Shown piece after piece: positions 1 to 10,300 of a stretch of DNA of 64,000 nt. How positions within the stretch are numbered: the stretch's first letter is position 1; each line of letters opens with the position of its first letter. The notes under the pieces are model-generated. The model saw only the letters and a program-made list of their open reading frames with translations, made no database searches and was not told the DNA's origin. This stretch comes from Hyalangium minutum. GTDB taxonomy: Bacteria; Myxococcota; Myxococcia; Myxococcales; Myxococcaceae. Location: assembly GCF_000737315.1 (NCBI RefSeq), contig NZ_JMCB01000003.1, forward strand, positions 496,001 to 560,000, written 5' to 3'. Position numbers and translations under genes: made by a program.

Positions 1-102
1 TACCGAGAAGGAGTGGCCGTGCAACCGTCGGCACTTGTGTCCCTCGGGAGTGAAGGGGAGCCGGTGTGCAGCCTCGAAGGTGAACGCCTTAAAGATCTCC
101 AT
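1..102 (-). CDS. queD: 6-carboxy-5,6,7,8-tetrahydropterin synthase QueD (5' part only; runs off the left edge)
   Basis: Not in the ORF track. Manual translation from ATG at 102 gives [34 protein letters not shown], with the QueD F-x-AAH and C-x2-LHGH motifs. Lies directly downstream of queE. Confidence 0.92.
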   Translation of the reverse strand, partial: MEIFKAFTFEAAHRLPFTPEGHKCRRLHGHSFSV

Positions 103-110
103 GCGCCACC

Positions 111-752
111 TTAGGGGATACCGAGGAGTTTGTGGGTCTGCAAGGACAGCCTCCAGCGCGGATGCGCGAGGCAGTACTCGACACAGGACTGGGTGTGTCG
201 CTCACGGTCGGGACCATCGAGCGGCTGCAGGAAGAAGTGGGAGAACTCCAGGGACTCGAAGTTCTCGGGAGGCATGCCCGCCTGGGGATAGACCAGCTTG
301 AGTTCCTGGCCCGCGCGCAGGGCAAGCTGAGTGTTCGCCTTAGGGCTGACGCAGATCCAGTCAATGCCCGGCGGTGGCAGGAGCGTCCCATTGGTCTCGA
401 TCGCTATCTCGAACGACCGGCGGTGGAGTTCCTCGAGGAGGCTCACATCGAGTTGCAGGAGCGGCTCGCCTCCGGTGCAGACCACGAGCCTCTTGCCGTG
501 CCGCCCGCGCCAAGTGGCCTCTACCGCCGCAGCCAGTTCTTCAGCATTCCGGAAACTGCCACCTCCTGCGCCATTGGTGCCGACAAAATCGGTATCGCAC
601 CACCGCGAGCAGCCACCGGCTCCGTGAGGCCGGTCCGCCTCGCGGCCGCTCCAGAGGTTGCAGCCGGCAAACCGCAGGAAAACAGCGGCCCGGCCTGCCT
701 GACCGCCCTCTCCCTGAAGAGTATAGAAGATCTCCTTGACTGCGTACGCCAT
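111..752 (-). CDS. queE: 7-carboxy-7-deazaguanine synthase QueE (radical SAM, long-loop type)
   Basis: [21 protein letters not shown]...[29 protein letters not shown]; sits between queC and queD. Confidence 0.95.
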   Translation of the reverse strand: MAYAVKEIFYTLQGEGGQAGRAAVFLRFAGCNLWSGREADRPHGAGGCSRWCDTDFVGTNGAGGGSFRNAEELAAAVEATWRGRHGKRLVVCTGGEPLLQLDVSLLEELHRRSFEIAIETNGTLLPPPGIDWICVSPKANTQLALRAGQELKLVYPQAGMPPENFESLEFSHFFLQPLDGPDRERHTQSCVEYCLAHPRWRLSLQTHKLLGIP

Positions 753-755
753 CCC

Positions 756-1457
756 CTACTCCGCCCGGTACCGTGCTGGATCTTTCGCACCGGCTTCGCG
801 GAATCCCTTGAGCCGAAGCTGGCAGGAATCGCAGTGGCCACAGGCCTCGCCCAGGGGCGACGGATCGTAACAACTCAAGGTGATCCCATAGTTCACCCCC
901 AGCGTGAGTCCAGCGCGGATGATCTCGGCCTTGCTCAGCGAAATAAGGGGGGTATGAATCCGGAGCCGCTGGTGCCCTTCTACTCCGGCCTTGGTAGCCA
1001 AGTTCGCCAGTCGCTCATAGGCCTCGATGTACTCCGGGCGGCAGTCCGGGTAGCCCGAGTAATCGAGCGCGTTGACTCCGATGAAGACATCGCTCGCGCC
1101 GAGCACCTCGGCCCAGGCCAGCGCGAAGGACAGGAAGATGGTGTTGCGCGCCGGCACATAGGTGACCGGAATCCCTTGGGATATCTCGGACGCGGGCCGA
1201 TCCTTGGGCACAGCGATGTCCGCCGTCAGGGCTGAGCTCCCGAACATGCTCAGATCGATCTGAGTGATCTCATGCCGGACGGCACCCAGGCTAGCGGCCA
1301 CGCGCTTTGCCGCCTCAAGTTCCACCTCGTGCCGCTGGCCGTAGCGAAAGCTGAGAGCATAGGGCATGAACCCCTCGGACTGGGCCATGGCGAGTGCCGT
1401 GGCTGAGTCGAGACCACCACTGAGGAGCACCACCGCCGTGCGTTCCGTGCCGGACAT
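756..1457 (-). CDS. queC: 7-cyano-7-deazaguanine synthase QueC
   Basis: SGGLDS PP-loop, [23 protein letters not shown]-terminal Zn motif CY...CGHCDSC. Start placed at ATG 1457 (MSGTERT). Confidence 0.97.
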   Translation of the reverse strand: MSGTERTAVVLLSGGLDSATALAMAQSEGFMPYALSFRYGQRHEVELEAAKRVAASLGAVRHEITQIDLSMFGSSALTADIAVPKDRPASEISQGIPVTYVPARNTIFLSFALAWAEVLGASDVFIGVNALDYSGYPDCRPEYIEAYERLANLATKAGVEGHQRLRIHTPLISLSKAEIIRAGLTLGVNYGITLSCYDPSPLGEACGHCDSCQLRLKGFREAGAKDPARYRAE

Positions 1458-2080
1458 GCCATCTCCCAACCGCGCTCGTCGGATCCACACGAACCACGGC
1501 TACCCGCCGTTAGGCGGGCACCCGATAGCACACGCGTTCGCTGTTTCACAGGCGCGGTCGCCATCCTACGTGACGATCCTACTGTGCAGGTAGATAGCAC
1601 CCTGGGCGTTTTAGGCAACTTAACAGGTTGTATCTGGAGTGCTCCGCCGCTCGCTTCCCAGGCTTACGAAGCGCAGTGCCCGTCCTCTGCAACTCCTGTA
1701 AACTGCGCGTCGCGGTCCTTACGGTGCTTCTCCGGGGCTTGGCGAGCCCCGGGGCCGGAACGCGGGACTTGACTCGCGGCGCGAACTCGCGTCTCAGGTA
1801 GTACCCCCACACATCTTAGTATGAGGCGGCCCTCGACGGGCCGAGCATATGCCTCGGCCAGCTTGACACCCCAGGGGATTCCGCGGAGGCGCTCCTGGGA
1901 TGCCGAAGCCGCCTCAAGGTGGGCGGGCCCGCCCTGCCCATTCCAAGCAGAAGTGCTCAACAGGTTGATTGCACCCGCGACGGTGCCTCGATAATGTCGG
2001 GCCTCAATCAGTCATGCTTGCCTGCGGGGGCTGAGACGCGGGCCCACGCCTCTTCAGAAGCCGCCGCGCCGCCGCGCCTG

Positions 2081-3466
2081 ATGAACGTCATCGTCAAGTC
2101 ACGCACTGGTTGGTTGGCGTTGGTCTTACGGTCCAACGCCAGCACGGCAGGGTATCCGTACTACAGCCTCGAATGGCAGAAGCCCGGTTCTCCCGAGCCC
2201 TCCCGGTACTTCATCTGGCAGAACGAACTGCCCTGGCTTTGCCACAGCCTCACTGTGCTTGCGACCCGTTTGGACCTCGCTCGCTTTCGCGAAGAAGGCC
2301 TTCATCCCCTGCTGGCGCAACTCGGCCCCTCGGGTGGACCTGTGTGGTTCGCGCAGATTCAGAACGGTGAAGCGCACCTGACGCTGCGCCGCTACCGGGA
2401 TACCTGGACACCCCAGAACGGCGAGAAGACCCACACGCGCTACTTGGTCTTCGACCGCAGTGGCAGATTCCCACTCCAGATCCGGCTGCCCGCCGCCTTC
2501 GTGCGCTCGGAGGCAATGGGGGACTTCGCGCGGCAATGCATCGCGGCGCTGGGGGGGGAAGTTCAACGCCTTGAGGGTGCCTTTTCTCTGCCAGCCGGGC
2601 AGGACGCGCGCTCTCCCCGGGCCTTCTTCCAACAGGTGGCCGTGCGGCTGCGGGTGAAGGACACCTTCCGCCGCATCCTTGCCTTCCCGGGCATGCCCGT
2701 CGAGCAGGTCGAGGTCTCCATGCTGCAGGAGCCCGCGCTCGTCGCCGCCCTGAGAGCGTGCGAGCAGTCTCGCACGCCCGAGGAGGTCAGTGCCGAAATG
2801 GGACAACTGCTGGACGCACGGGCCCTCTCGGAACTGCTCGCGTGGCCGCAGCGCTACGCGCCCGAAGTCCTGCAAACGGGCTACATCCTGACGCCCGTGG
2901 AGCAGCGCAAGCTCGTGGCGGTGAAGGACCTCAAGGTGTACGCAGCGGACCCGCTGCTCACCGCGCTCCAGCCCACCCTCCCCGCGCTCACCTCCGGCCC
3001 TGAACGCCCTGTCCTGCCCCCGCAATGCACCGAGCAGCAGTTGTTGGCGGCCCGGAAGCGCGCCCTGAGCACCACGTCCCTGTCCACCGCCTTCGGGCAG
3101 GCCGCGCTGCCCAGTCCGGAGTGGGCCCAGACCATTCATCAGTTCCTGCGTCCGCCCCCCGCGCTGCGTATCCACCGTTGGCGGCTCCTCCAACTGATGA
3201 CACTGGCGGCGTGCCAATCCTGCAACCTGCCCGGGGGGCTCGAAGACGCACCGCTCCTGGATCTCCAAAGGCTCGCCCTCTTGACGCACGATGTCACAAA
3301 CCTGTTCGCGGAGGATGGGAGCGAAGACATCCGCGCCCACACCGAGGCGGTGCGTCAGCAGTGGAGAGACCTGCTCCAAGGACGTTCCACCCCCCTGCCC
3401 CTGGCCCAGCTTCCCAAGCGTGGGGAGGAGGCAGCCCCTGCGCGGCAAGGACAAGGACGAAGATGA
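2081..3466 (+). CDS. Hypothetical protein, gene 1 of the six-gene operon (start could be 1994 or 2081)
   Basis: Long open frame; its stop overlaps the next ATG (ATGA at 3463-3466). No family motif recognised. Confidence 0.72.
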   Translation: MNVIVKSRTGWLALVLRSNASTAGYPYYSLEWQKPGSPEPSRYFIWQNELPWLCHSLTVLATRLDLARFREEGLHPLLAQLGPSGGPVWFAQIQNGEAHLTLRRYRDTWTPQNGEKTHTRYLVFDRSGRFPLQIRLPAAFVRSEAMGDFARQCIAALGGEVQRLEGAFSLPAGQDARSPRAFFQQVAVRLRVKDTFRRILAFPGMPVEQVEVSMLQEPALVAALRACEQSRTPEEVSAEMGQLLDARALSELLAWPQRYAPEVLQTGYILTPVEQRKLVAVKDLKVYAADPLLTALQPTLPALTSGPERPVLPPQCTEQQLLAARKRALSTTSLSTAFGQAALPSPEWAQTIHQFLRPPPALRIHRWRLLQLMTLAACQSCNLPGGLEDAPLLDLQRLALLTHDVTNLFAEDGSEDIRAHTEAVRQQWRDLLQGRSTPLPLAQLPKRGEEAAPARQGQGRR

Positions 3467-4494
3467 ACGACTTCGCGATGCAACTCGTCGACGCCTGCAT
3501 GCGGTCCGTGGGCCGCCTCAGGCAACACCTTTCCCACCAACCCACCCAGCCTGATGCCAGCAAGATCCTCCTCACGCGCATGCGTAGGCGCCTGGGCAGC
3601 GACTACCGCCCTGGCCAGAGTCTCCCGCGCAACACCGTGGACGATCTCGTGCAGGAGGTCATTCACGGCGACGAGCACGTGGCCGGTGTGCCCGCCAAGC
3701 CCGCTGAACTGCGCGACACCTTCACCGACAAGCACCAGATCTTCATCCAGCTCGCGGATGGTTGGCGGCTCTCCGAAAGAGGGGAGATGCTGAACAAAGC
3801 GATGTTCTCCGGCTTGGAGATCCTCCAAGCCCCGAGCGACGCCCACGCGCTCCACCGCTTCGCCCACAACCACCTGTTGCTCTACCCGGAGACGTTTCCC
3901 CTGCTGCGCGCCTTTGCGCCCCCGGGCAGCGAGAAGTCCGCCCTGGACCGTTGGGCCGGCCACTTCTTCTTCTCGCGAAAGGTGAACAGCGTCACCATCG
4001 ACTACATCGCTTGGGAACTCGAACACCTGCAAATCGTCCGCAAGGGCCAGGGATTCGAGCTGTTCAGGCCCGCGCCCGCAGTCATCGCGTACAACTTCGT
4101 CGACGCCTACCTCCAGGCTTCGGACATGCGGCTCGATTACGGCGTGCCCATCCAGGATATCGTCACGCAACTCAACATGTACTTCCGCGAGGCGCGCCGG
4201 TACCTGCTCTCACCGGATTGGCAAAGGGATCTGCGGCCCTCGGGAGGCCCTCTCATGAAGCGGGAGATGGGGGACTCCCAACTGCGCCTGGAGCGCGCGG
4301 ACTTCCTGTGGCTCACGGAGCACTCGCTCGTCGAGCCCAGCTTGGTGGGGCGCGTGCTGCGCGAGATGAAGTCCTTCGCGGCCCTGCAGGCGCTGCGCGA
4401 GAAGCTCGAACCCATCCTCATCAAGAACACGCCCATCAACGAACACGATTACCTCTCGGCACTCTCTCCGGACGAGAACGAGCTTTCGCGATGA
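3463..4494 (+). CDS. Hypothetical 343-aa protein, possibly winged-helix (BrxA/DUF4007/DpdG-like position and size)
   Basis: ATGA overlaps at both ends. GWRLSERG resembles a wHTH wing. The domain call is a weak inference. Confidence 0.75.
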   Translation: MNDFAMQLVDACMRSVGRLRQHLSHQPTQPDASKILLTRMRRRLGSDYRPGQSLPRNTVDDLVQEVIHGDEHVAGVPAKPAELRDTFTDKHQIFIQLADGWRLSERGEMLNKAMFSGLEILQAPSDAHALHRFAHNHLLLYPETFPLLRAFAPPGSEKSALDRWAGHFFFSRKVNSVTIDYIAWELEHLQIVRKGQGFELFRPAPAVIAYNFVDAYLQASDMRLDYGVPIQDIVTQLNMYFREARRYLLSPDWQRDLRPSGGPLMKREMGDSQLRLERADFLWLTEHSLVEPSLVGRVLREMKSFAALQALREKLEPILIKNTPINEHDYLSALSPDENELSR

Positions 4495-7364
4495 GCTTCT
4501 TCAACTCTCCCTTCAACTACATGGCCTCGCTGCAGCAGGCGGCGAGCGAGTTCAGCCCCACCGAGACGGAACAGCTGGTCCGCGGCTACCTGGAGGACTT
4601 GAGCCGTGCGGTCTCCGAAGACTCCTTCGATCCCACCGGAGGCGTGAACGCGCTCGTCTTTGGCGAGTGGGGTCACGGCAAGAGCCAGGTCATGTACCGC
4701 ACCGCGGACCACCTGACGCGCCACCACCCGAAGGTGCTCACCGTCCGGATCATCGCGGCCCGGCTCGCTCCCCGCGACATCCTCGAGGCCGCTCTGTTCG
4801 ACCTGAAACGCCAGTCCGGCACGCATGAGGAGGCCGAAGGGCTCCACCGGTCCATGGCGGAACTGGGCGACATGGCGGATGACGATCCCCACGCCCGGAA
4901 GATCGCGGCCAGGGCCCTGGCCAGCATGGCCTCGCACACCCAGCGTCTCCACACCGCCCTGCTCTTCGATGAGGCCGCGCAGACCTCGGGCATCGACTTC
5001 CAGGAGTTCCTGCGCGAGCTCGAGCAGGCTTTCTCGTCTACGCACAGTGTCCTCCACACCATGCAGTGCCACAGCCTGGCCACCCTGGATCGGGCGCGGC
5101 AGGTGGCGAATAACCTGGGGGACTGGGCACGATCCGCCCGGCAGATCCACCTGCCGTCGCTCCAGCTGGCTCAGGCCTATGATTTCTTCCGTACGCGTTT
5201 GGCCGCGCGCACCCATGACTCGCTGCTGGCCGAGCAGCTCATCCCTCCCGGCATCGCCAAGACGCTCTGCGCCGCAGCGGGTGGTAACCCCCGGCGGATG
5301 CTGCAGTACGCATCCCAGATCTGGGAAGCCTGCCATCGCCATGGCGAGCATCGGTTCACCGGGCGCCGCGTGCTCGAGGTCTTCCGCAGTGAAGCCGGTG
5401 TGGCGGCCGGCACCAGCCTGTTCATGGAAGCCCGCTTCCGACGCATCCTCGATCTACTGCCCCAGGAGTGGGGAAGCTTTGGGCAGAAGGTCCGCCTCTT
5501 CTTGGAGCGCCGGATCCCCACTTTGCTCGGTGAGTCGGAACTGATATCCCCCATGCAGCTGGCAGCGGATCTCGGCAACGTTTCCATCGGAGAGTTGCAG
5601 AAGATCACTCGCGAGGTAGGTGGCATCCCGCTCTTCGAGACGAAGACGGACGAGTTTGACGACACCACCTACGGGCTGACACACGCCTTCCGCTCGGATC
5701 TGTGCGGTGCCTTCGGCTCTACGGGCGGGCTTGATCTCAAGCAGATCCAGATCAAACTGCTTCTCAAGCCGCGCGAGGAGCAGAACCTCATCGCCAGCGG
5801 GCTGGCCAACGTGCTGCGGCACAAGGGCTACACCCAAGTCGCGCCGAGGCTCGTCCGTCTGGGGGAGTTCCCATCCGAAGCCCACGCCCATCACCAGACG
5901 CCCATCCGGGGCTTCATCATGCAGGTTCAGATTCCGGACACCACTATTGACGTCCCGGTGCTCGTCACGGGCCTGTGCGGTGTCGCGCCCCCGTCGGCGA
6001 TGATCGAGCGCATTGCCCGGGGGCTGGCTGACCGGGAATGGTTGTTCGCCTACATGCTGTACGCCAACGAGGATCTGTTCTGGGATGACTGGCTCCACGG
6101 GGAGGCGGCCCGGCAGCTTCCAGCAGATCTGCACGAGAAGGCCTCCCGGATCCGGACGCTGAACCCTTCCGAGAAGCTCGTTTCCCCCTCGGCGGTTGAA
6201 CAGGCGCATCCGCCCGGCGTGGCGGCGGCCATTTTCTTCGCCCACCTTATTGGCGCCGGCCAGCAATACTCCGAGGGCAAGCTCCCTCCGGAGGAGATTG
6301 CCCCCATCATCGAAGGTACTGTCGCGGAGATGAACGAGGCACTCCCCCAGCTTCGGGATGTGCGTTACCTCCCCTCCGAGTCTGAGCGGAAGCTCCTGGA
6401 CAACTCCTGCTGGGACAATGCCTCGGCGGAGAACGGGCTCACCCTCAAACAGATCAGCGAGGCCACGCAGGAGAGGCTGACGGGCACCAGCCTCGAGAAC
6501 CTGCTGGGGGGCTACCTGGAGAAGCGCGGGGGCCTCTACTTCCGCAACAAGAGCGCTGGCTTCCCCATCTTCAGCGTAGTCCGCGACGTGCTGAAGGCTC
6601 GGCAGCGGTGCTCTATGGACGCGCTGATCGAGGAGGTCCGCAGCGCGGAGATCTTCGTTGGCGGCGGCGACCGGCTGCGGATCAATGTCGAATGGATCGT
6701 GGAGAAGCTCAAAACCGCAGGGTTGGCCCGGCGTGAGCAATCGGAACTGCTCTTCGTTGACCTCACCAAGGCGCTCAAGGAGAAGGACCAGAAGTACAAG
6801 TCGCAACTGCAGGTATTCACGAAGCGGATCGCCCAAATCGAGCAGTACGAATCGAGCCGCGCCGAGCCCTTGCAACGGAGCCTCGAGGACATCCGGAAGC
6901 GAAAGACGCCGGACGCGAGCCTCTCCGAACGCAGCGAACAACTCGATGAACTCCTGCTGGACCTAGAGCAACTGTCCGGACGCATCGCCGACGAAGAGCA
7001 GGCGATCGTGACCGACAAGCAGACGTACATCAACTACTTCACCGGGGAGCTCGCGGAGCTGAAGCGGCTCAGGGAAGGGCTGGCGCCAGAGTGGCAGAAC
7101 CGGGCATTCACCGAAGAGGAATACCTGGACGCCGACAACCTCTTTGAGACATTCCGGAAGAACCTCGAAACACCGGTGGGCAACAACCAGCGCAATGTCA
7201 TCATGCGCGAGCGGCGCTCCCTGCAGAATCGGATCGACGCACTGAGAGCCCGGGCCCAGGGCAAGGCCGCTGCCGCGCCCGAGGATCCATCCTCGCAGAT
7301 CGTTAACCGCATCCTGTCGAAGCAGCCGTTCGACCGGCTGGTCGTCACCGTGGAGGAAGTCTAG
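4491..7364 (+). CDS. P-loop ATPase (957 aa) with C-terminal coiled coil
   Basis: Walker A GEWGHGKS, Walker B LLFDE, AAGGNPRRMLQ AAA-like helix, heptad-rich C-terminus. Start at ATG 4491 overlapping the previous stop. Confidence 0.87.
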   Translation: MSFFNSPFNYMASLQQAASEFSPTETEQLVRGYLEDLSRAVSEDSFDPTGGVNALVFGEWGHGKSQVMYRTADHLTRHHPKVLTVRIIAARLAPRDILEAALFDLKRQSGTHEEAEGLHRSMAELGDMADDDPHARKIAARALASMASHTQRLHTALLFDEAAQTSGIDFQEFLRELEQAFSSTHSVLHTMQCHSLATLDRARQVANNLGDWARSARQIHLPSLQLAQAYDFFRTRLAARTHDSLLAEQLIPPGIAKTLCAAAGGNPRRMLQYASQIWEACHRHGEHRFTGRRVLEVFRSEAGVAAGTSLFMEARFRRILDLLPQEWGSFGQKVRLFLERRIPTLLGESELISPMQLAADLGNVSIGELQKITREVGGIPLFETKTDEFDDTTYGLTHAFRSDLCGAFGSTGGLDLKQIQIKLLLKPREEQNLIASGLANVLRHKGYTQVAPRLVRLGEFPSEAHAHHQTPIRGFIMQVQIPDTTIDVPVLVTGLCGVAPPSAMIERIARGLADREWLFAYMLYANEDLFWDDWLHGEAARQLPADLHEKASRIRTLNPSEKLVSPSAVEQAHPPGVAAAIFFAHLIGAGQQYSEGKLPPEEIAPIIEGTVAEMNEALPQLRDVRYLPSESERKLLDNSCWDNASAENGLTLKQISEATQERLTGTSLENLLGGYLEKRGGLYFRNKSAGFPIFSVVRDVLKARQRCSMDALIEEVRSAEIFVGGGDRLRINVEWIVEKLKTAGLARREQSELLFVDLTKALKEKDQKYKSQLQVFTKRIAQIEQYESSRAEPLQRSLEDIRKRKTPDASLSERSEQLDELLLDLEQLSGRIADEEQAIVTDKQTYINYFTGELAELKRLREGLAPEWQNRAFTEEEYLDADNLFETFRKNLETPVGNNQRNVIMRERRSLQNRIDALRARAQGKAAAAPEDPSSQIVNRILSKQPFDRLVVTVEEV

Positions 7365-10300
7365 ATGCGCTCGATCGGACGCGAAAAGGAGTTGGAGCGG
7401 GTACTCGCCCAGATCGCGCGGCGGGTGGATGCCCAGGGCAACCGGATCACCTCGCCAGCGGCGACCTCGATGGGCTCGCAGGTCCACATCTCCGTGGAAG
7501 CCCCTCCGCGAGGAGGCCTCTCCCTCTTCCTGGAGGACGCGAAGGAGACCCTCGCGCAAAGGCCGGGCTTGTATCCCGTGCTGGTGACCGTGCAGGACAG
7601 CTCCCGTCCTCAGGACGCGCTGCGCCTCGCACTTGAGGAAATTGCCCGGGCTGCGGGAGTCCCGCATCCCTCGGACACCACCAACCTGAGCCTCTTCCAG
7701 CTCTGCGAGCAACTCTGGGAGAGCCAGAAGCGGGTCGCCGTCCTCATGCTGGACGTCACCCAGGCGCTGGAGCAACTGCACGGCAACGAGAGCCTTCGCC
7801 AGAAGGCGTCTTCGAACGCGCTGCTGCAACGTCTGCGCATCCTCGTCAACGACATGGAGGACAAGCAGCCGACTCTCGCGGCGATCGTCGGCTGGCGCAA
7901 CGATTTCCGCGAGCGCAGCATCGAGTGGAAGGCCCAGGACGTGGAGATGCGCTACTACCCGCACATCACGCTCTGGCCCGACTTCAAGCAAGAGGACGCG
8001 TGGCCCCTGTTCGAATCCATTCTGCGCGCTCAGGGTTACACGAACATCGACGGCCACTATCCCGGCTTCTGCCGCACCGGGCTGACGGTTGGTGACATCC
8101 TCGAGGAACTGAAGCAGACGGGTGCGCACCGGGTGGATGGCCCCCTGCTTCTCTCCACGCTGAACCGAAAAAAGCCTCTGGAGCAGGACGTGGCGACAGT
8201 CCCCTCGGATCTGCTCGTGGCGCTCTGCCTGCAAGATGCCCGGATCGGCCCCTCGCATCCGCTCCACGAGAAGATCTCGTCCCCTGCGGTCAAACCGTTC
8301 GTCAATCCGGAGAGGACCGAGCAGGACGAGGTAGTCTATGTGGCTAACGAGGACCTGTACCGGGCGGCCCACGTGCTGCCAAACCGGTTTCTCATCTCCA
8401 CTGTCCGCGACTACCAGCGGCGGTTCGAGGATCGCGATCCGGAGTTCGCTCTGGAGTTGCTGGCAGGACTGCCGCCCGCGCTCACCGGCGTCGCGGCCCC
8501 GGAGGTCCCTCAGAAGCTCGGGGGCTACGCGAAGATCGCCTTCAACTTGCCGTCCGATCTCGTGCCGCCTGGGCTGAAGGAGATGCGGGTCACTGCCTAC
8601 TGCACGCTGGCCAGCGAGATCAGCAACGACCTGAAGACCGACCTCATCGCCCAGTTGAACGCCACCGAGAGTACCCCGCTTTCACGGGCGACCCAATGCG
8701 TGCTCGTGCTGCACTCCGAGGCGGGACAGGACAGCCAGCTCCACGCGGCCGTCCTGTCCTCGCCTCGGCCCGATTGGCGGATCCTCCAACTCAAAAAGGG
8801 GCGGCTCACCAAGGACGAGGCCGCAGCGCTCTGCACCATCGACATCAAGGCCGAGCAGGCCACAGAGCTCGCCTTCAAGAAGGTGGATCCTTCGCGGCAG
8901 TCCAAGGATCTCTCCACCTACCTGCAGCGCCAGATCCGGACGCGCTTCAACAGCCTGCTGGGCAAGTACCCCGCCTTGGACAGTCAAGCCTTCGACGGGC
9001 AGCACCTGCCACGGTTGATGGTGGAGAGTCACACCTTCGTGGACCTCGCCACCTCGGGGGATGACGTCTCAGAGACCGCCATCAAGGTGCTCGAAAACCT
9101 GCAGGTGGTGGAGCGCAAAACCAGGAAGGAACTGTGTTGGGCGTTCGAGAAAGACATGCTCCTCAAGAACCTGCTCGATCGGGCGTCGCACGCGGCCGGG
9201 AACTTGAGCGAGGAGATGTCGAGGCTCTACACCTTCGATCCCCGGAACTGGCCGTCCATCGCCGCCGCGCTCGCCACGGCGTATTCCGACTTTCTTGAGC
9301 CGCAGGGCTCCACCCTCCGGGAGAAGCCGCCACAGAACTCGCTCACCCAGCGCGTCCGGATCGCCTTCACCCGTCTCGATCCCCTACTCCAGGAACTGCG
9401 GGACCTGAGCGCGCAGGGCAAGGCTGTCACCCTTGAGCACGAACGCGAGGAGCTCGATTCGCAGCTCACCTCCGCGCAGAACATTTCCAGCATCGAGTTG
9501 ATCTGTGAGGAGACGCTCGCCCTCGTGGAGAAGGGAAAACGAGCCGTCGAGGAGACTCAAGAGCGCCGGGACCAGTTGGTGACACAACTTCAGAGCGACT
9601 ACAACGAACTGGAGCGACGAGCGCCCGACCCCTCGCTCTCCAATATGCGCTCGGAGCTCTCGAAGAAGGCCAAGCAGATTCTGGCCAGGCAGCCTCCCCT
9701 GCTCGCCGAACTGGAGGAGATCCAGCGCAGCTTCGAGACCTACCGGGCCAAGGCGCGCGCGGTCCAGGAGAAGCTCCAGACCAACCTCCAGGATGCCGCT
9801 CTTCTGCGCCAGCACATCCAGGCCCGCCGAACCACGCTAGAGAACCTTGAGAAGCAGGCTGCTGCGCTCGATGGAGAGGCCCATCACCGGATCCAAGAAG
9901 CGCTGAGGTCCATCCACCAACAACTCGACGAGCTCCATTCCCAGCTCGGCGATGAGAAGAAGCACCCCAGCATTCCGCCCGATGCGCGGGAGAAAGAGCT
10001 GATCACCATCCGCACGGCCCTGGACACGCTCGCCAGCCAACTGCAGGAGCGCTCCCGCTGGATGGTGGCTCCACGAAAGGCTCCTGCGCCCAGGCCTGCG
10101 ACGAGCCCTCAGCCGGCTCCCCCAAGCAGCGCCGCGCCTCAGCCCTCGGCGGGCGGGGGGATGTCCACGCAACCCTCGGCTCTTCCCCCTCAGGCGTCCC
10201 CTGCTCCTCGCGACGACACGCACCGGCCTGAAACGTCGGCGCCCCCCGTCGTGGCCGCTCCGGCCTCCGGACTCCCGAAGCAGCTTCCCTCCTCTCCGCC

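Noticed and set aside
756-1457. QueC as QatC of the QatABCD defence system
   Set aside because: It is a canonical-length QueC in an operon with queE and queD; no QatA, QatB or TatD neighbours.
1458-1620. preQ1 riboswitch upstream of queC
   Set aside because: A CCCGCC/GGCGGG hairpin is present, but I saw no preQ1 aptamer consensus or A-rich tail. An Rfam scan would settle it.
1458-2080. Sigma-70 promoters in the divergent intergenic region
   Set aside because: TTGACT and TTGACA hexamers occur, but without a convincing -10 at proper spacing.
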